The notes below the pieces were generated by a model. It was given only the letters and a program-made list of their open reading frames with translations, ran no database searches and had not been told where the DNA came from. The translations under genes and the position numbers were made by a program. A DNA stretch of 64,000 nt, taken from contig CAXWPL010000003.1 in NCBI GenBank assembly GCA_963666215.2, positions 192,001 through 256,000 of the forward strand, given 5' to 3'. Origin of the DNA: Acidobacteriota bacterium (GTDB lineage: Bacteria > Acidobacteriota > UBA890 > WLXD01). How positions within the stretch are numbered: position 1 is the stretch's first letter; every line of letters starts with the position of its first letter. This document shows, piece by piece, positions 10,771 through 22,922 of the stretch.

Positions 10771-10877
10771 TTTTATCATTGTCAATAACTCATAGACATC
10801 AAATCCACTCCTCTCCCGGCCCATCAAGTGAATCTGCGGGCTAGGCGCCAGAGTGGAACTCCAGGAGTCAGCACCCC

Positions 10878-12785
<1,908 letters not shown>

Positions 12786-12798
12786 GTGAGGTAACTCG

Positions 12799-13908
12799 AT
12801 GCTGGCGCACGACCACTACGCGGCGCTCGGTGTGGCTCCCGGCGCCAACGCCGACGAGATCGACACCGCGTATCGGCACCTGTGCCGCCGTTACCACCCC
12901 GATGTGAACCCCGGCGACGCGCAGGCTGCCGCAGTCTTTGACCGCGTGCAGCGCGCGTACCGGGTGCTCAACGATCCGGCCGAGCGAGCCGCCTACGACC
13001 ATCGCGGCGCGGCCGGCAAGGACGTATCGGGCGGTGGGCTATCGGAGGCACCGGGGCTGAGTGTGCGGCTGCTGGCCGACCACACGGCAGGCGGGTCGTA
13101 TGCCGAACTCTTCCGCTGGCTCCAGCAGCAGGCTCGGCGCGCCCGCCCGGCAGAAGGAGAGGAACTGCACGTAGACGTGATCGTTCCGCTCGAAGCCGCC
13201 GAAACCGGCAAGCGCGTAGCGATCGCGACACATCGCCGCTTGCCGTGCCAAGGTTGCCACGGTCGCGGGCGAGTGCGAATGCAACACAAGCAGGTGTGCG
13301 GCAACTGCGAAGGCACCGGCGAGGAAAACTTTGCTAAAGGCGCGCTATCTGTAACGGCTAGCTGCTCGCTGTGTGGCGGCCACGGCGTGGAATCAGGTCT
13401 CGCATGTGATCACTGCGGTGGCCGCGGCACCCGGAGCGAGCCTCAAACGGTGCTGGTCCGTGTTCCGGCGGGCGTGATCGACGGTCAGCTCCTCCGCGTC
13501 CCGGGTGGCGGTCATTTTGGCGAGCGCGGCGGCAAGGCCGGCGACCTCGTGGCCCGCTGCACCGTGAGCACGATGCCCGGGTTCGAGCGCGATGCCGCAA
13601 GCCGCGGCTTTCTCAGGACGGTCAGCACCACAACGCAGATCGGCCTGGAAACCGCGCTGCTGGGCGGGCGGGTCGCCGTGCGCTCGATCGATGGCGACAC
13701 CATCTCCCTCCGAATACCACCCGGCACGCAGAACGGACAGGTGTTCCGCCTCCGAGGCCGTGGCCTCGAACTGCTGGATGGGCATCGAGGCGATATGCTC
13801 GTCCGCGTCGACCTCCGGCTGCCACGCATCGTCGACGAGGAGTCCAAGGATCTGATCCGCCAATTCGCACGCCGCAACCCGAGCACCTCCGAGACCGCCG
13901 CACGATGA
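12799..13908 (+). CDS. dnaJ: DnaJ paralog (class A, divergent G/F region)
   Basis: J domain with HPD, four CxxCxGxG repeats and C-terminal substrate domain (GDL, IPPGTQNG). Confidence 0.88.
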   Translation: MLAHDHYAALGVAPGANADEIDTAYRHLCRRYHPDVNPGDAQAAAVFDRVQRAYRVLNDPAERAAYDHRGAAGKDVSGGGLSEAPGLSVRLLADHTAGGSYAELFRWLQQQARRARPAEGEELHVDVIVPLEAAETGKRVAIATHRRLPCQGCHGRGRVRMQHKQVCGNCEGTGEENFAKGALSVTASCSLCGGHGVESGLACDHCGGRGTRSEPQTVLVRVPAGVIDGQLLRVPGGGHFGERGGKAGDLVARCTVSTMPGFERDAASRGFLRTVSTTTQIGLETALLGGRVAVRSIDGDTISLRIPPGTQNGQVFRLRGRGLELLDGHRGDMLVRVDLRLPRIVDEESKDLIRQFARRNPSTSETAAR

Positions 13909-13972
13909 GCCAACGTCATGCCCGCCCCGCACGCTGCCCTGTCGAAGCCTCACGGCGAGCGAGCTGGCTGCG

Positions 13973-14494
13973 ATGAGCACGGCGCAAGGATCCGCGGACG
14001 CAAACCGACCGACCCAAGGCACGTACATGATCAGTGCCGTGGCTGAGCTCTACGACATCCATCCGCAGACACTGAGGATGTACGAGCGCGAGGGCCTGCT
14101 ACAGCCGTCGCGCTCGCGCGGAAACACACGCCTCTACTCAGACGAGGACTTGCAGCGTCTCGAGGTCATTCTTTCGCTCACCCGCGATCTGGGGGTGAAC
14201 CTGGCCGGAGTTGAGGTCATCTTGAACATGCGCAGGAACATGGCGCGGCTGCAAGCTGAGGTCGGCGATTTGATGCGTTTCGTTCGCGATGATCTCCTCG
14301 ACGGCCGCGATCAGCTACGCGGCCGATTCGACCGTGCCTTGGTGCGCACGTCGCCGGGAACCCTGGTTCCAGTGGTCGTGCAGGTTCGACGCGTTCAACG
14401 TGTTCAGGCTTCTCGAAGAGCCCCGCAGGTCCGGAAAGCACCGCCGGTGCCGGCCGTTTCCGAGGACGATCGTGGCCGAACAAGCGACTCGTAA
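13973..14494 (+). CDS. hspR: Heat-shock repressor HspR (MerR family)
   Basis: YMISAVAELYDIHPQTLRMYEREGLLQPSRSRGNTRLYS...LGVNLAGV. Located after dnaK-dnaJ with HAIR upstream. Confidence 0.9.
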   Translation: MSTAQGSADANRPTQGTYMISAVAELYDIHPQTLRMYEREGLLQPSRSRGNTRLYSDEDLQRLEVILSLTRDLGVNLAGVEVILNMRRNMARLQAEVGDLMRFVRDDLLDGRDQLRGRFDRALVRTSPGTLVPVVVQVRRVQRVQASRRAPQVRKAPPVPAVSEDDRGRTSDS

Positions 14495-15278
14495 CCCCGA
14501 GACGTCCGCCCCGTGCCCACGCTGCAGCGGCAGCGGCTGGGCGCCGGTCGACGGACAGGGACAGCCGGTCAATCGCGTCGAGCCCTGCGAATGCAGGCAG
14601 CAAGAACGCAGAAAGCGTCTGATGGAGGCCGCTGGACTCCCCAGGCGCTACATGGATTGCACCCTCGAGAGCTTCGAGATCGACGTCCCCTCGCCCAATG
14701 AATCGCTGGCCGGCGCTCGACTGATCGCCCAGCGCTTCGTGGAGAGCTACACGGAATCGCGTACTGGGTTGATCTTCATCGGCCCGCCAGGTGTCGGTAA
14801 GACCCACCTGGCAACCGCGGTGCTACGAGCGCTGATCGATACCCACGACGTACGCGGCGTGTTCGTTGACTATCGAGACCTGTTCCTCGACTTGCAGGAC
14901 ACGTTCAGACGCGACTCCGACGTCAGCACAGGACAGGTGCTCGAGCGGCTGCTCAGCGCCGAAGTGTTGCTGATCGACGATCTCGGCTCGCGCCGCCACT
15001 CAGCCTGGGCTCAAGACGCAATCTCCGACGTCCTCGACGATCGCTACAAAGACGAGCGCACCACACTCATCACCACGAACTTTCCCAACACCACTCAACC
15101 GTCGACCGACAGCACGCCGCGTGGCCGCTTGAGCGGTGGCGACCGGCCGAAAACCAAAGACCCTGTCGTGACGCTGGCCGAAAGGGTCGGCCCACGTCTC
15201 AGCAGCCGGCTCTTTCAGATGTGCCGGCCAGTCTTCATGAAGGCGCCCGATTTCCGCCCAATCGCGGCACACGGCTAA
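14472..15278 (+). CDS. DnaC/DnaI/IstB-like AAA+ ATPase with N-terminal Zn-binding domain
   Basis: CPRCSGSG...CEC, Walker A GPPGVGKT, Walker B LLIDDLG, ITTN, RLSSRL. GTG at 14472 with GAGGA RBS, overlapping the hspR end. Confidence 0.85.
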   Translation: MAEQATRNPETSAPCPRCSGSGWAPVDGQGQPVNRVEPCECRQQERRKRLMEAAGLPRRYMDCTLESFEIDVPSPNESLAGARLIAQRFVESYTESRTGLIFIGPPGVGKTHLATAVLRALIDTHDVRGVFVDYRDLFLDLQDTFRRDSDVSTGQVLERLLSAEVLLIDDLGSRRHSAWAQDAISDVLDDRYKDERTTLITTNFPNTTQPSTDSTPRGRLSGGDRPKTKDPVVTLAERVGPRLSSRLFQMCRPVFMKAPDFRPIAAHG

Positions 15279-15301
15279 CAGCCGTCGGAGCGAACGACCG
15301 A

Positions 15302-16090
15302 CTAACCCAGGTCGCCCCAGCAGTGCTGCAAAATCGATAGCGCCACCACACCAACGCTGTCGGCGCGCAGAATGCGGGGCCCCAGACTGACGCGCTGGGT
15401 TTGACGCTCTTGGGCACGCTCGAGATCCTCCGGCGACCAGCCGCCCTCGGGCCCGACAATCAACGTCGCCGCCAGCGGTGCCTCGCCCTCGAGGACCTCG
15501 CGCAAGGGAGAAGAGCCAGAGTCGGGATGCAGCAAGAGCCGCGGCCGCGGTAACCGCTCCCATGGCAGGTTGGCCCATTCAACCGGCTCGAGGACGTCGG
15601 GGACCATCAGGCGGCCGCACTGCTTGGCGGCGGTCTCGGCAATGCGGCGCCAGCGCTCGAGGCGCTGCTCCGACGAGCTCTCCTCGTCCATCGAGCTGCC
15701 GCGTGACGTCAACAAGGGCGCAATGCGTGCAACACCGAGCTCGGTGGCTAGCCGAACGACCGTGTCGAAGCGACGTGCCCGACGAGGCACCGCCTGCAAC
15801 AGCGCAACACTGAGGCGAGCATCGGAAACTGGCTCCTGCTCGCCACTGACTCTGCGCGCGTCGACGGCCGCGCCTCCGGCTCGACTGAGCCGTGCCAACC
15901 GCGCCTTCACTTCGCTACCGGCGCCGTCGAAGAGGTGCACCGTATCGCCGGGACGTAACCGCAGCACGAGCATGTGCCGCGCTTCACGCGGCGTGATCGG
16001 GATCGGCTCCTTGTCGAGAGCTCCAGGGACTACGCGGAAGCGCTGCCGCGGGGGCGTTCGCCGGGCACCACGCTTCACCACGCCGTACAC
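15302..16090 (-). CDS. rsmE: 16S rRNA m3U1498 methyltransferase
   Basis: HMLVLRL, ATELGV, AAKQCGR, IVGPEGG, LGPRILRA. Confidence 0.93.
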   Translation of the reverse strand: MYGVVKRGARRTPPRQRFRVVPGALDKEPIPITPREARHMLVLRLRPGDTVHLFDGAGSEVKARLARLSRAGGAAVDARRVSGEQEPVSDARLSVALLQAVPRRARRFDTVVRLATELGVARIAPLLTSRGSSMDEESSSEQRLERWRRIAETAAKQCGRLMVPDVLEPVEWANLPWERLPRPRLLLHPDSGSSPLREVLEGEAPLAATLIVGPEGGWSPEDLERAQERQTQRVSLGPRILRADSVGVVALSILQHCWGDLG

Positions 16091-16093
16091 GCG

Positions 16094-17209
16094 CTAGCCG
16101 AGGGCATCGCGCAACCGGTCCCACCACGACGGAGTTTCGTCATCGTACGAAGCATCCGGAAGGAGCTCTGCGAGCTCCTCGAGGATCTCCTGTTCGCGCT
16201 CACCCAGTCGGCGCGGCACCGCGACTTGAACAGCCACCCTCAAGTCTCCGCGGCGGCCGCCGTTGACGCTCGGCATGCCACGTCCGGCGACATCGACAAT
16301 GGTCCCGGGCTGCGCGCCGCGAGGAATCGTCACGCGCGCGGGCTCACCATCGAGCGTCACCACCTCCACGTCGCCTCCGAGAGCCATGGTCGGAAAGCTC
16401 ACCGGCACCTGCGTGAAGAGGTCTCTGTCGCGGCGCACGAATCGGGCGTGGTCTCGGACACCAATCAAAACGGACAGATCGCCCGCCGGCCCACCGCGCC
16501 GGCCCGCCTCACCTTCGCCGCGCAGTAGGAGTCGCATGCCGCTATCTACTCCTGGCGGCACTTTGATCTTGAGCTTGGCGCGCTCACCCACGCGGCCTAC
16601 GCCACCGCAGCGCTCGCACGGATCACTAACCACACTCCCCTCGCCGTCGCATGCCCGGCAGGCCACGGCAATCGTGAGGAAGCCGTGTCGCTGATGCACC
16701 TGCCCGCTGCCGCCGCACTGCGTGCAGCCCGTCGGCGCCGCGGCGCTCGCCGAACCGGTGGCGTTGCATTCGGCGCAGGCTCGCTTGCGCGGGATCTTGA
16801 TCTCGATCTCGTCACCGCGAACGGCCTGCTCGAGGTCAATGTCGAGCCGATACTGCAAGCTCGAGCCGGCCTGCGGGCCTCCGCGCGTCCGCCGTCCCCT
16901 GCCGCCGACGTCGAACCCGAAAAACCCGCCGAGAATGTCGGAGAAGTCGGCAAACAGATCACCCTCGAAATTGGGGCGAACACCGCGAACACCGTCGGCT
17001 CCGAATCGGTCGTAGCGGCTACGCCGCTCCGGGTCGGCGAGCACCGAGTAGGCTTCCGCCGCTTCCTTGAAGTTGTCCTCGGCCTCGCTGTCGCCTGGAT
17101 TACGGTCGGGGTGATAACGCAGCGCCGCGGCGCGGTACGCCTTCTTGATCTCGGCCGCCTCGGCGTCACGCCCGACCCCGAGGATCTCGTAGTAGTCGCG
17201 GTTCGCCAC
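16094..17209 (-). CDS. dnaJ: Chaperone DnaJ (canonical)
   Basis: DYYEILGV, YHPDRN, G/F region, four zinc-finger repeats. Confidence 0.96.
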   Translation of the reverse strand: MANRDYYEILGVGRDAEAAEIKKAYRAAALRYHPDRNPGDSEAEDNFKEAAEAYSVLADPERRSRYDRFGADGVRGVRPNFEGDLFADFSDILGGFFGFDVGGRGRRTRGGPQAGSSLQYRLDIDLEQAVRGDEIEIKIPRKRACAECNATGSASAAAPTGCTQCGGSGQVHQRHGFLTIAVACRACDGEGSVVSDPCERCGGVGRVGERAKLKIKVPPGVDSGMRLLLRGEGEAGRRGGPAGDLSVLIGVRDHARFVRRDRDLFTQVPVSFPTMALGGDVEVVTLDGEPARVTIPRGAQPGTIVDVAGRGMPSVNGGRRGDLRVAVQVAVPRRLGEREQEILEELAELLPDASYDDETPSWWDRLRDALG

Positions 17210-17210
17210 G

Positions 17211-17909
17211 TCAGTCCTCGTCGCTCAGCGACGACTCCGGATCCGCCAGTACCTCGAAACGCGTCGAGCCCGTACCACTGTCGCCGGGCTCGCGGGGCTC
17301 GGCAGCAGGCGCCTTGGCGACCACGACCCGGGCCGGCCGCAGCAGCTGGCCGTCGAGCCGGTAGCCCGCCTGGAGAACGTCCACGATCCGACCGTCGGAC
17401 TGCGGATCATCGGTGCCGACGGTCTCGATCGCCTCGTGCAGATGCGGATCGAAGATCGAACCGAGCGCGTCGAGGCGCTCCACACCGACACGACGAAGTG
17501 CCTCGTGAAGATTGTGCAGCGCCAGATCCAACCCCTCGCGATAGGCGTCGAAGCTGCTCTCCTCCGCCGCGGGTGACAGCGCGCGGGCGAAATCGTCGAT
17601 CGCCGGCAGAAGCTCGCGAAGCATCGCCGCACGGCTCGTCTGCCGCACCTGCTCGCGGTCGCGGGCAACACGTCGACGGAAATTGATCAATTCGGCCTGC
17701 GAGCGCTGCAGCTGGTCGCGCAGCACAGCGATCTGCCCCGTATCTTCAGCGAGGTCGACGCCGGCACTGTCGGATGAGTCGAGCATGTCGGTCTCGTTGA
17801 TCTCGACCGGCTCTGACGATACTGAGCGACGATCGGCCGATCTCGGGTCGAAGTCGCCGTCAGGGTCGTCGGGCGATTTCGAAGTTCCGTTTTTGCGATC
17901 CTCGGTCAT
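17211..17909 (-). CDS. grpE: Nucleotide exchange factor GrpE
   Basis: AELINFRRR, LLPAIDDF, FDPHLHEA, GYRLDGQLLRPARVVV. Confidence 0.96.
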   Translation of the reverse strand: MTEDRKNGTSKSPDDPDGDFDPRSADRRSVSSEPVEINETDMLDSSDSAGVDLAEDTGQIAVLRDQLQRSQAELINFRRRVARDREQVRQTSRAAMLRELLPAIDDFARALSPAAEESSFDAYREGLDLALHNLHEALRRVGVERLDALGSIFDPHLHEAIETVGTDDPQSDGRIVDVLQAGYRLDGQLLRPARVVVAKAPAAEPREPGDSGTGSTRFEVLADPESSLSDED

Positions 17910-17959
17910 CGAAAACTCACGCGGTCACTGATGGTGCTGCGCCGACGCTGGCCCTCAGG

Positions 17960-19045
17960 TCAGCTCCGCAGACGGCCGAAGAGCACCGAAGTAGCGTTGG
18001 CCATCGAGCGCACCAGGCCGATTGTTTCGGCGTAGGCGAGCCGTGTTGGGCCAAGCACGGCGAGTGAGCCCAGCGGCCTGTCCCCGGCGCGGTAACTGGC
18101 GGAGATGAGCGCGCAGCCGCCGAGCTCTTCGGGCAACAATCCGCCACCGATCAAGACACGCGGCTCCGCCTCGCCGACGCTTCTGGACAACACGCGCGAC
18201 AACTGGGTGCGCTCCTCGATCACCTCGAGAACGGCGCGCAGCTCGTGTCGTCGTTCGAGCCCGGGCTGGTCAGCAAGCTGCGCGGTGCCGTGGACGATCA
18301 CGTCATAGCCGCCGGGCTCGGCGGCGATCGCGCGAGCGCCGAGCTCGATCGCGTGCCGCTGAATCTCGTCAACACCGTCGCCGTCGTCGTGACGGTCAAG
18401 ATGGTCAAGACGTTCGCTGGCCTCGATATGCAGCTCGCGCAATCGCCGTGCGACCTCGCTGAGGCTACGCCCGGCGAACCGATTCACCAGATACGAAGAG
18501 GCTCGGTCGAGCAACTCCTGGCTCATGGGCTCGATCATCTGGAAGATCTGGTCGCTCACCCGACCGCTGCGCGACACCACGATCACGAGCACGCGCTTGC
18601 GCTCCAGCGCTACGAAGTCGACGTGCTGAAAAACGGTATCGGCAAAAGCGGGAACAAGAACCACGCCGACGAGGTGCGAGAGCTCAGCCAGTAGATTGCA
18701 CGTGCGTTGCAACAGCTCGGTAACGTCGATCGGTGTGGTTTGCAGGCGCTCACACAGACTGTTCTCGTCGACACCTTGGAAGCGACCTTCCGCGAGCAGA
18801 TAGCGCACGTAGCGATCATAGCCACGCCGCGTGGGCTGACGGCCCGCTGAGGTGTGCGGCTGTTCGAGATAGCCAAGGCGCTCCAGCTCGGCCATGACAT
18901 TGCGTACCGTAGCCGGACTGACGCGCTCGGCCAGGTCGCGACTCGCCGCCGTCGAACCCACCGGCTCACCCGTGAGGATGTAGCGCTCGACAATTGCATC
19001 GAGCACGGCCGCGGCGCGATCCGTCAGCTTTGCCTCGCTTGTCAC
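17960..19045 (-). CDS. hrcA: Heat-inducible repressor HrcA
   Basis: YILTGEPVGS, SPATVRNVMAELE, QPHTSAGRQPT, GPTR. GTG at 19045 preferred because GGAGG lies at 19054-19058. Confidence 0.95.
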   Translation of the reverse strand: MTSEAKLTDRAAAVLDAIVERYILTGEPVGSTAASRDLAERVSPATVRNVMAELERLGYLEQPHTSAGRQPTRRGYDRYVRYLLAEGRFQGVDENSLCERLQTTPIDVTELLQRTCNLLAELSHLVGVVLVPAFADTVFQHVDFVALERKRVLVIVVSRSGRVSDQIFQMIEPMSQELLDRASSYLVNRFAGRSLSEVARRLRELHIEASERLDHLDRHDDGDGVDEIQRHAIELGARAIAAEPGGYDVIVHGTAQLADQPGLERRHELRAVLEVIEERTQLSRVLSRSVGEAEPRVLIGGGLLPEELGGCALISASYRAGDRPLGSLAVLGPTRLAYAETIGLVRSMANATSVLFGRLRS

Positions 19046-19167
19046 CGTTGCCGCCTCCACCTAGAAAAGGAGTGCACTGTTGCGGTGTTGTCCACACACC
19101 AGTGCCATCACCCACAAAAGCCTGGGAACGCCGTTGGAATGGAGCCCGCCCACGATTCCACGCGTCG

Positions 19168-19194
19168 TTAGCACTCCACGCCACAGAGTGCTAA
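19168..19194 (-). promoter_or_regulatory. CIRCE operator (HrcA site)
   Basis: Perfect TTAGCACTC-N9-GAGTGCTAA upstream of hrcA. Possible -35 TTGACC on the minus strand at 19223-19228. Confidence 0.95.
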
Positions 19195-19389
19195 TGCACA
19201 TGGAACCATCCGCCGTGCCTTCGGTCAAGACGATGTGCTCGCGGGCCTGAATTGTCACCTGAATTGTGCCATGAACTCTCCACAGGCCAGCTGTTACAAT
19301 CGCCCACAGCCGCTACCGGCCCGGTTTCAAGGCCAAGCGCTGCTTCTCCTCCGCTGCCGTCAGATCGACGCAGGGGCCTCCCGGACCGG

Positions 19390-21813
19390 ATGATCGAACA
19401 CGCGCTGCACGCCTCCCGTCGCTATCTGCTGCCCGCACTGCGCTTCCGGCCGCTGTGGATGGCTCTCGGCGGCAGCACGGCGCTCGGGCTTGTTACCGGC
19501 TGGCTGATCGCCTACACGCCCGAAGCCGAGATCGTCGACGCGCTGCGCGACTATCACCCGAGTGTCATCACGCGGATCCACGACGATCGAGAACTGCCGT
19601 TCGCCGAGTGGTCCCTCGAGCGCCGCGAGCTGTTCGGCTTCGAAGATATCCCGGAGGTGATGGTCAACGCGGTGATCTCGATCGAGGACTCTCGCTTCTT
19701 CAGTCATGTCGGGATCGATCCCTGGGCGGTTTTCCGCTCGGCTCTCGCCGACCTGCGATGTGGGTATTTTTGCGAGGGGTTTTCGACCATCACGATGCAG
19801 ATCCCGCGCAACCTCGACCTTCGCCTCGGCGGCGACACCTGGCTGCCCAAGAACAAGACCCTCGAGCGCAAGGTGCGCGAGGCGATCTACGCCATCCAGA
19901 TCGAGCGGCACTACCCGAAAGAACAGATCTTCGCGTTCTACGCCAACCAGATCTACATGGGGTACAACACGTACGGGTTCCAGGCCGCGGCGAGGTACTA
20001 CTTCGGCAAAACGATCGCTGAGGTCGACCTGCCGGAGGCGGCCATGCTCGCCGGCATCATTCAGCGTCCAGCCGACTACAACCCCCATCTGCATCCCGAG
20101 GCGGCACTGCACCGACGCAACACCGTGCTCGACCGCATGCACGCCGAAGGCTACGTCAGCGACGACGAGCTCGCGGAGGCGAAGGCCACTCCGATCAACC
20201 TCGGCGAAGCCAGTCCCGATCGCGACATCGCCGCGTACTTCAAGGAAGAGATCCGCAAGCAGCTCATCCAGCTGTACGGCACCAACGGGATCTACCGCTC
20301 GGGACTCGAGGTCTACACCACGCTCGACCGCGAGCTGCAGATCGCAGCAGAGACCTCCCTGGATTGGGGCCTCAGAGAGATCGACAAGCGCCAGGGTTGG
20401 CGCGGCGACCAGCGCAACTTGCGCTCGGAGGGGCTCGATCCGGAGACCTTCAGTGACCCGCGCTGGAGATTCGCCTTGAGCGCCGGAGACATCGTCCCCG
20501 CGGTTGTGATGCAGGTTTCAACGGCGGCCGCCCGTCTGCGTATCGACGAGGAGATCATCGAGCTCGCCATCGAGGACGCCGGGTGGACCCGAGCTCAGTC
20601 GATGAGCAGCTTGCTGCGTATCGGCGACGTGATCAGCGTCCTGCTGAGCTCAGTGCCGGGCGACGTTTTGGAGGAAACCGGGGAGGCAGCGACCACCTAC
20701 GCTGTGTCGCTCGACCAGGAGCCCCAGGCTCAGGGCGGGATTCTGGTCATCGAGAATCGAACCGGCGAGGTCAAGGCCCTGGTTGGCGGGCGTGATTTCG
20801 ACGAGAGCAAGTTCAACCGTGCTACGCAAGCCGTGCGCCAAACAGGCTCGATCTTCAAGCCCTTCGTTTTCACCGCGTCCTTGCTGCAGGGTCTGACGGC
20901 CGGACACGTGCTGGTGGACCAGCCAACGACGTTCCGCGACCCCACGACACGAGAGCCATACGCACCCCGCAACTTCGGCAACGAGTACGTCGGCGCGACG
21001 ACATCCGCAGAGGCGCTGTCGAAATCGCGCAACGTCTTCACGCTAAAGCTGCAGGAGACGGTGGGCGTCAACAATGTCATCGCAACGGCGCACGCATTCG
21101 GGATTAGCGCCCCCCTGCGTCCCTACCTTGCGCTCGGCCTCGGAGTCATCGACGTCTCTCTGTGGGAAATCGCCCGCGCTTACAGCGTCTTCCCGAACCA
21201 AGGCGTGTTGATCCGGCCGCATCTGTTGCGTCGCGTCTTGGCGCGCGATGGGCGCGAGCTGCTGCGCGAACAGCCGGAAGCCAGCGACGTGCTGGACGCC
21301 GACGTGGCCTATGTGGTGGCCAGGATGATGGTAGCCGGTGTCGAGCGCGGTACGGGAGCGGCCGCGCGCGGCATGGCCCGCGAGCTTCAGCTTCCGCTCG
21401 GAGGCAAATCCGGCACCACCGACGACTACACCGACGCATGGTACGTGGGCTTCTCTCCGTACCATACGGTGGCGGTTTGGGTGGGGCACGACGAGAAGGT
21501 CACGCTGGGGAACCTCGAGACCGGCTCGCGGGCGGCGCTGCCGATCTGGATGCGAGTCATGAGGTCGGCTGAACGCGATGCGCGGCCGACCCGGTTCACC
21601 CGACCCGGCAACGTTGTGCTGCGCACGATCGACCCCTACACAGGCCTGCTGCACGGCCCCTACTGCCAGGAGCGGCTCGAAGTGGGATACCTGGAAGGTA
21701 CCGCGCCAACGCGCACCTGCGGCCAAACCGAACACGCCATCCTCGGGCTGCCGCACTATCAACAGGACTACTTCATCCGCGACGGTCGGATCGAGGGCGG
21801 CGGCAGATACTGA
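19390..21813 (+). CDS. mrcA: Class A penicillin-binding protein (PBP1A family)
   Basis: Transglycosylase motifs EDSRF, GFSTITMQ, RKVRE. Transpeptidase motifs SIFK, SRN, KSGT. Start uncertain (ORF from 19252). Confidence 0.9.
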   Translation: MIEHALHASRRYLLPALRFRPLWMALGGSTALGLVTGWLIAYTPEAEIVDALRDYHPSVITRIHDDRELPFAEWSLERRELFGFEDIPEVMVNAVISIEDSRFFSHVGIDPWAVFRSALADLRCGYFCEGFSTITMQIPRNLDLRLGGDTWLPKNKTLERKVREAIYAIQIERHYPKEQIFAFYANQIYMGYNTYGFQAAARYYFGKTIAEVDLPEAAMLAGIIQRPADYNPHLHPEAALHRRNTVLDRMHAEGYVSDDELAEAKATPINLGEASPDRDIAAYFKEEIRKQLIQLYGTNGIYRSGLEVYTTLDRELQIAAETSLDWGLREIDKRQGWRGDQRNLRSEGLDPETFSDPRWRFALSAGDIVPAVVMQVSTAAARLRIDEEIIELAIEDAGWTRAQSMSSLLRIGDVISVLLSSVPGDVLEETGEAATTYAVSLDQEPQAQGGILVIENRTGEVKALVGGRDFDESKFNRATQAVRQTGSIFKPFVFTASLLQGLTAGHVLVDQPTTFRDPTTREPYAPRNFGNEYVGATTSAEALSKSRNVFTLKLQETVGVNNVIATAHAFGISAPLRPYLALGLGVIDVSLWEIARAYSVFPNQGVLIRPHLLRRVLARDGRELLREQPEASDVLDADVAYVVARMMVAGVERGTGAAARGMARELQLPLGGKSGTTDDYTDAWYVGFSPYHTVAVWVGHDEKVTLGNLETGSRAALPIWMRVMRSAERDARPTRFTRPGNVVLRTIDPYTGLLHGPYCQERLEVGYLEGTAPTRTCGQTEHAILGLPHYQQDYFIRDGRIEGGGRY

Positions 21814-21829
21814 GACCGTCTACAGGATT

Positions 21830-22922
21830 CTAGTCGGCCGCAAATCGCAGATAGCCGTCGATGAACATGCCGAGGTCGCCGTCGAGCACGGAGTCGACGT
21901 TGCCCTTCTCGACCGACGTGCGATGGTCCTTGACCAGCTGATACGGATGCAGCACGTACGAGCGAATCTGCGAGCCAAAGCCGATGTCCATCTTGCCCTT
22001 GTGGAGCGATTGGATGTGCTCGAGTCGCTTACGACGCTCGAGCTCGTAGAGGCGGGCCCGTAGCACCCCCATCGCCTTCGTACGATTTCGGTGCTGTGAG
22101 CGTTCGGCCTGGCATTGCACAACGATATTGGTCGGCAGATGCGTGATACGGACGGCCGAATCGGTGACATTGACATGCTGGCCTCCAGCCCCGCTCGAGC
22201 GGTAGGTGTCGACGCGGAGGTCCTTGTCCTCGATTTCGATCTCGATGTCGTCGTCGATCTCGGGCGACACCGACACCGACGCAAACGAGGTATGTCGACG
22301 GCGAGCGGCGTCGTACGGCGAGATCCGTACCAGTCGATGGACGCCGGCCTCGCCCTTCAGGTAGCCGAAGGCAAACGGTCCATCGATGCGAACGGTCGCG
22401 CTCTTGATGCCTGCTTCCTCGCCCGGAGTTTCGTCGATCACCTCGACGCGGTAATCGCCCGCCTCGGCCCAGCGCTGATACATCCGCAGCAACATCGCCG
22501 CCCAGTCCTGCGATTCGGTGCCGCCGGCGCCCGGGTGGATGTCCACCAACGCGACACGGCCGTCGTCGGGATCCGAAAGGAGCATGCGCGTCTCGAAGGC
22601 GTCGATTTCGGCGCCCAGCGCCTTGACCGCCTCGACGCCCTCGACGTCGGCACCCTCATCGCCTTCGGCGGCGAGCTCCAGCATCGCCTCGGCGTCGTCG
22701 AAGAGAGAATCCAGACGCTCGGCGAGCGCCAGGCGGACCTCGAGGCCGGTGCGCTCACGCATGAGGTCGGTGTCGCCGCCGTCGTCCCAGAAGCCGGGAG
22801 CCGCCATGCGCCGCTCGATCTCGGCTAGGCGCTCGCTGCAGCCGCTCGGGTCAAAGATGACCTCCCAGGGCCTGATAGCGGGATCGCAGATCCTCGAGTG
22901 CCCTTCGCGCGTCTTCGATCAT
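21830..22922 (-). CDS. prfB: Peptide chain release factor 2 with programmed +1 frameshift
   Basis: ATG at 22922 gives MIEDARRALEDLRSRYQALGGHL, then CTT TGA C (22856-22850). The +1 frame gives DPSGCSERLAEIERRMAAP..., SPY and GGQ motifs. Confidence 0.96.
22850..22865 (-). promoter_or_regulatory. prfB autoregulatory +1 frameshift site
   Basis: Internal SD GGAGG(T) followed by CAT CTT TGA C on the minus strand. Confidence 0.95.

Noticed and set aside
14472-15278. IS21 element (istB)
   Set aside because: No istA transposase or terminal inverted repeats; the gene is embedded in a housekeeping operon
21830-22922. prfB as truncated gene or pseudogene
   Set aside because: The break is the canonical SD plus CTT TGA C programmed frameshift
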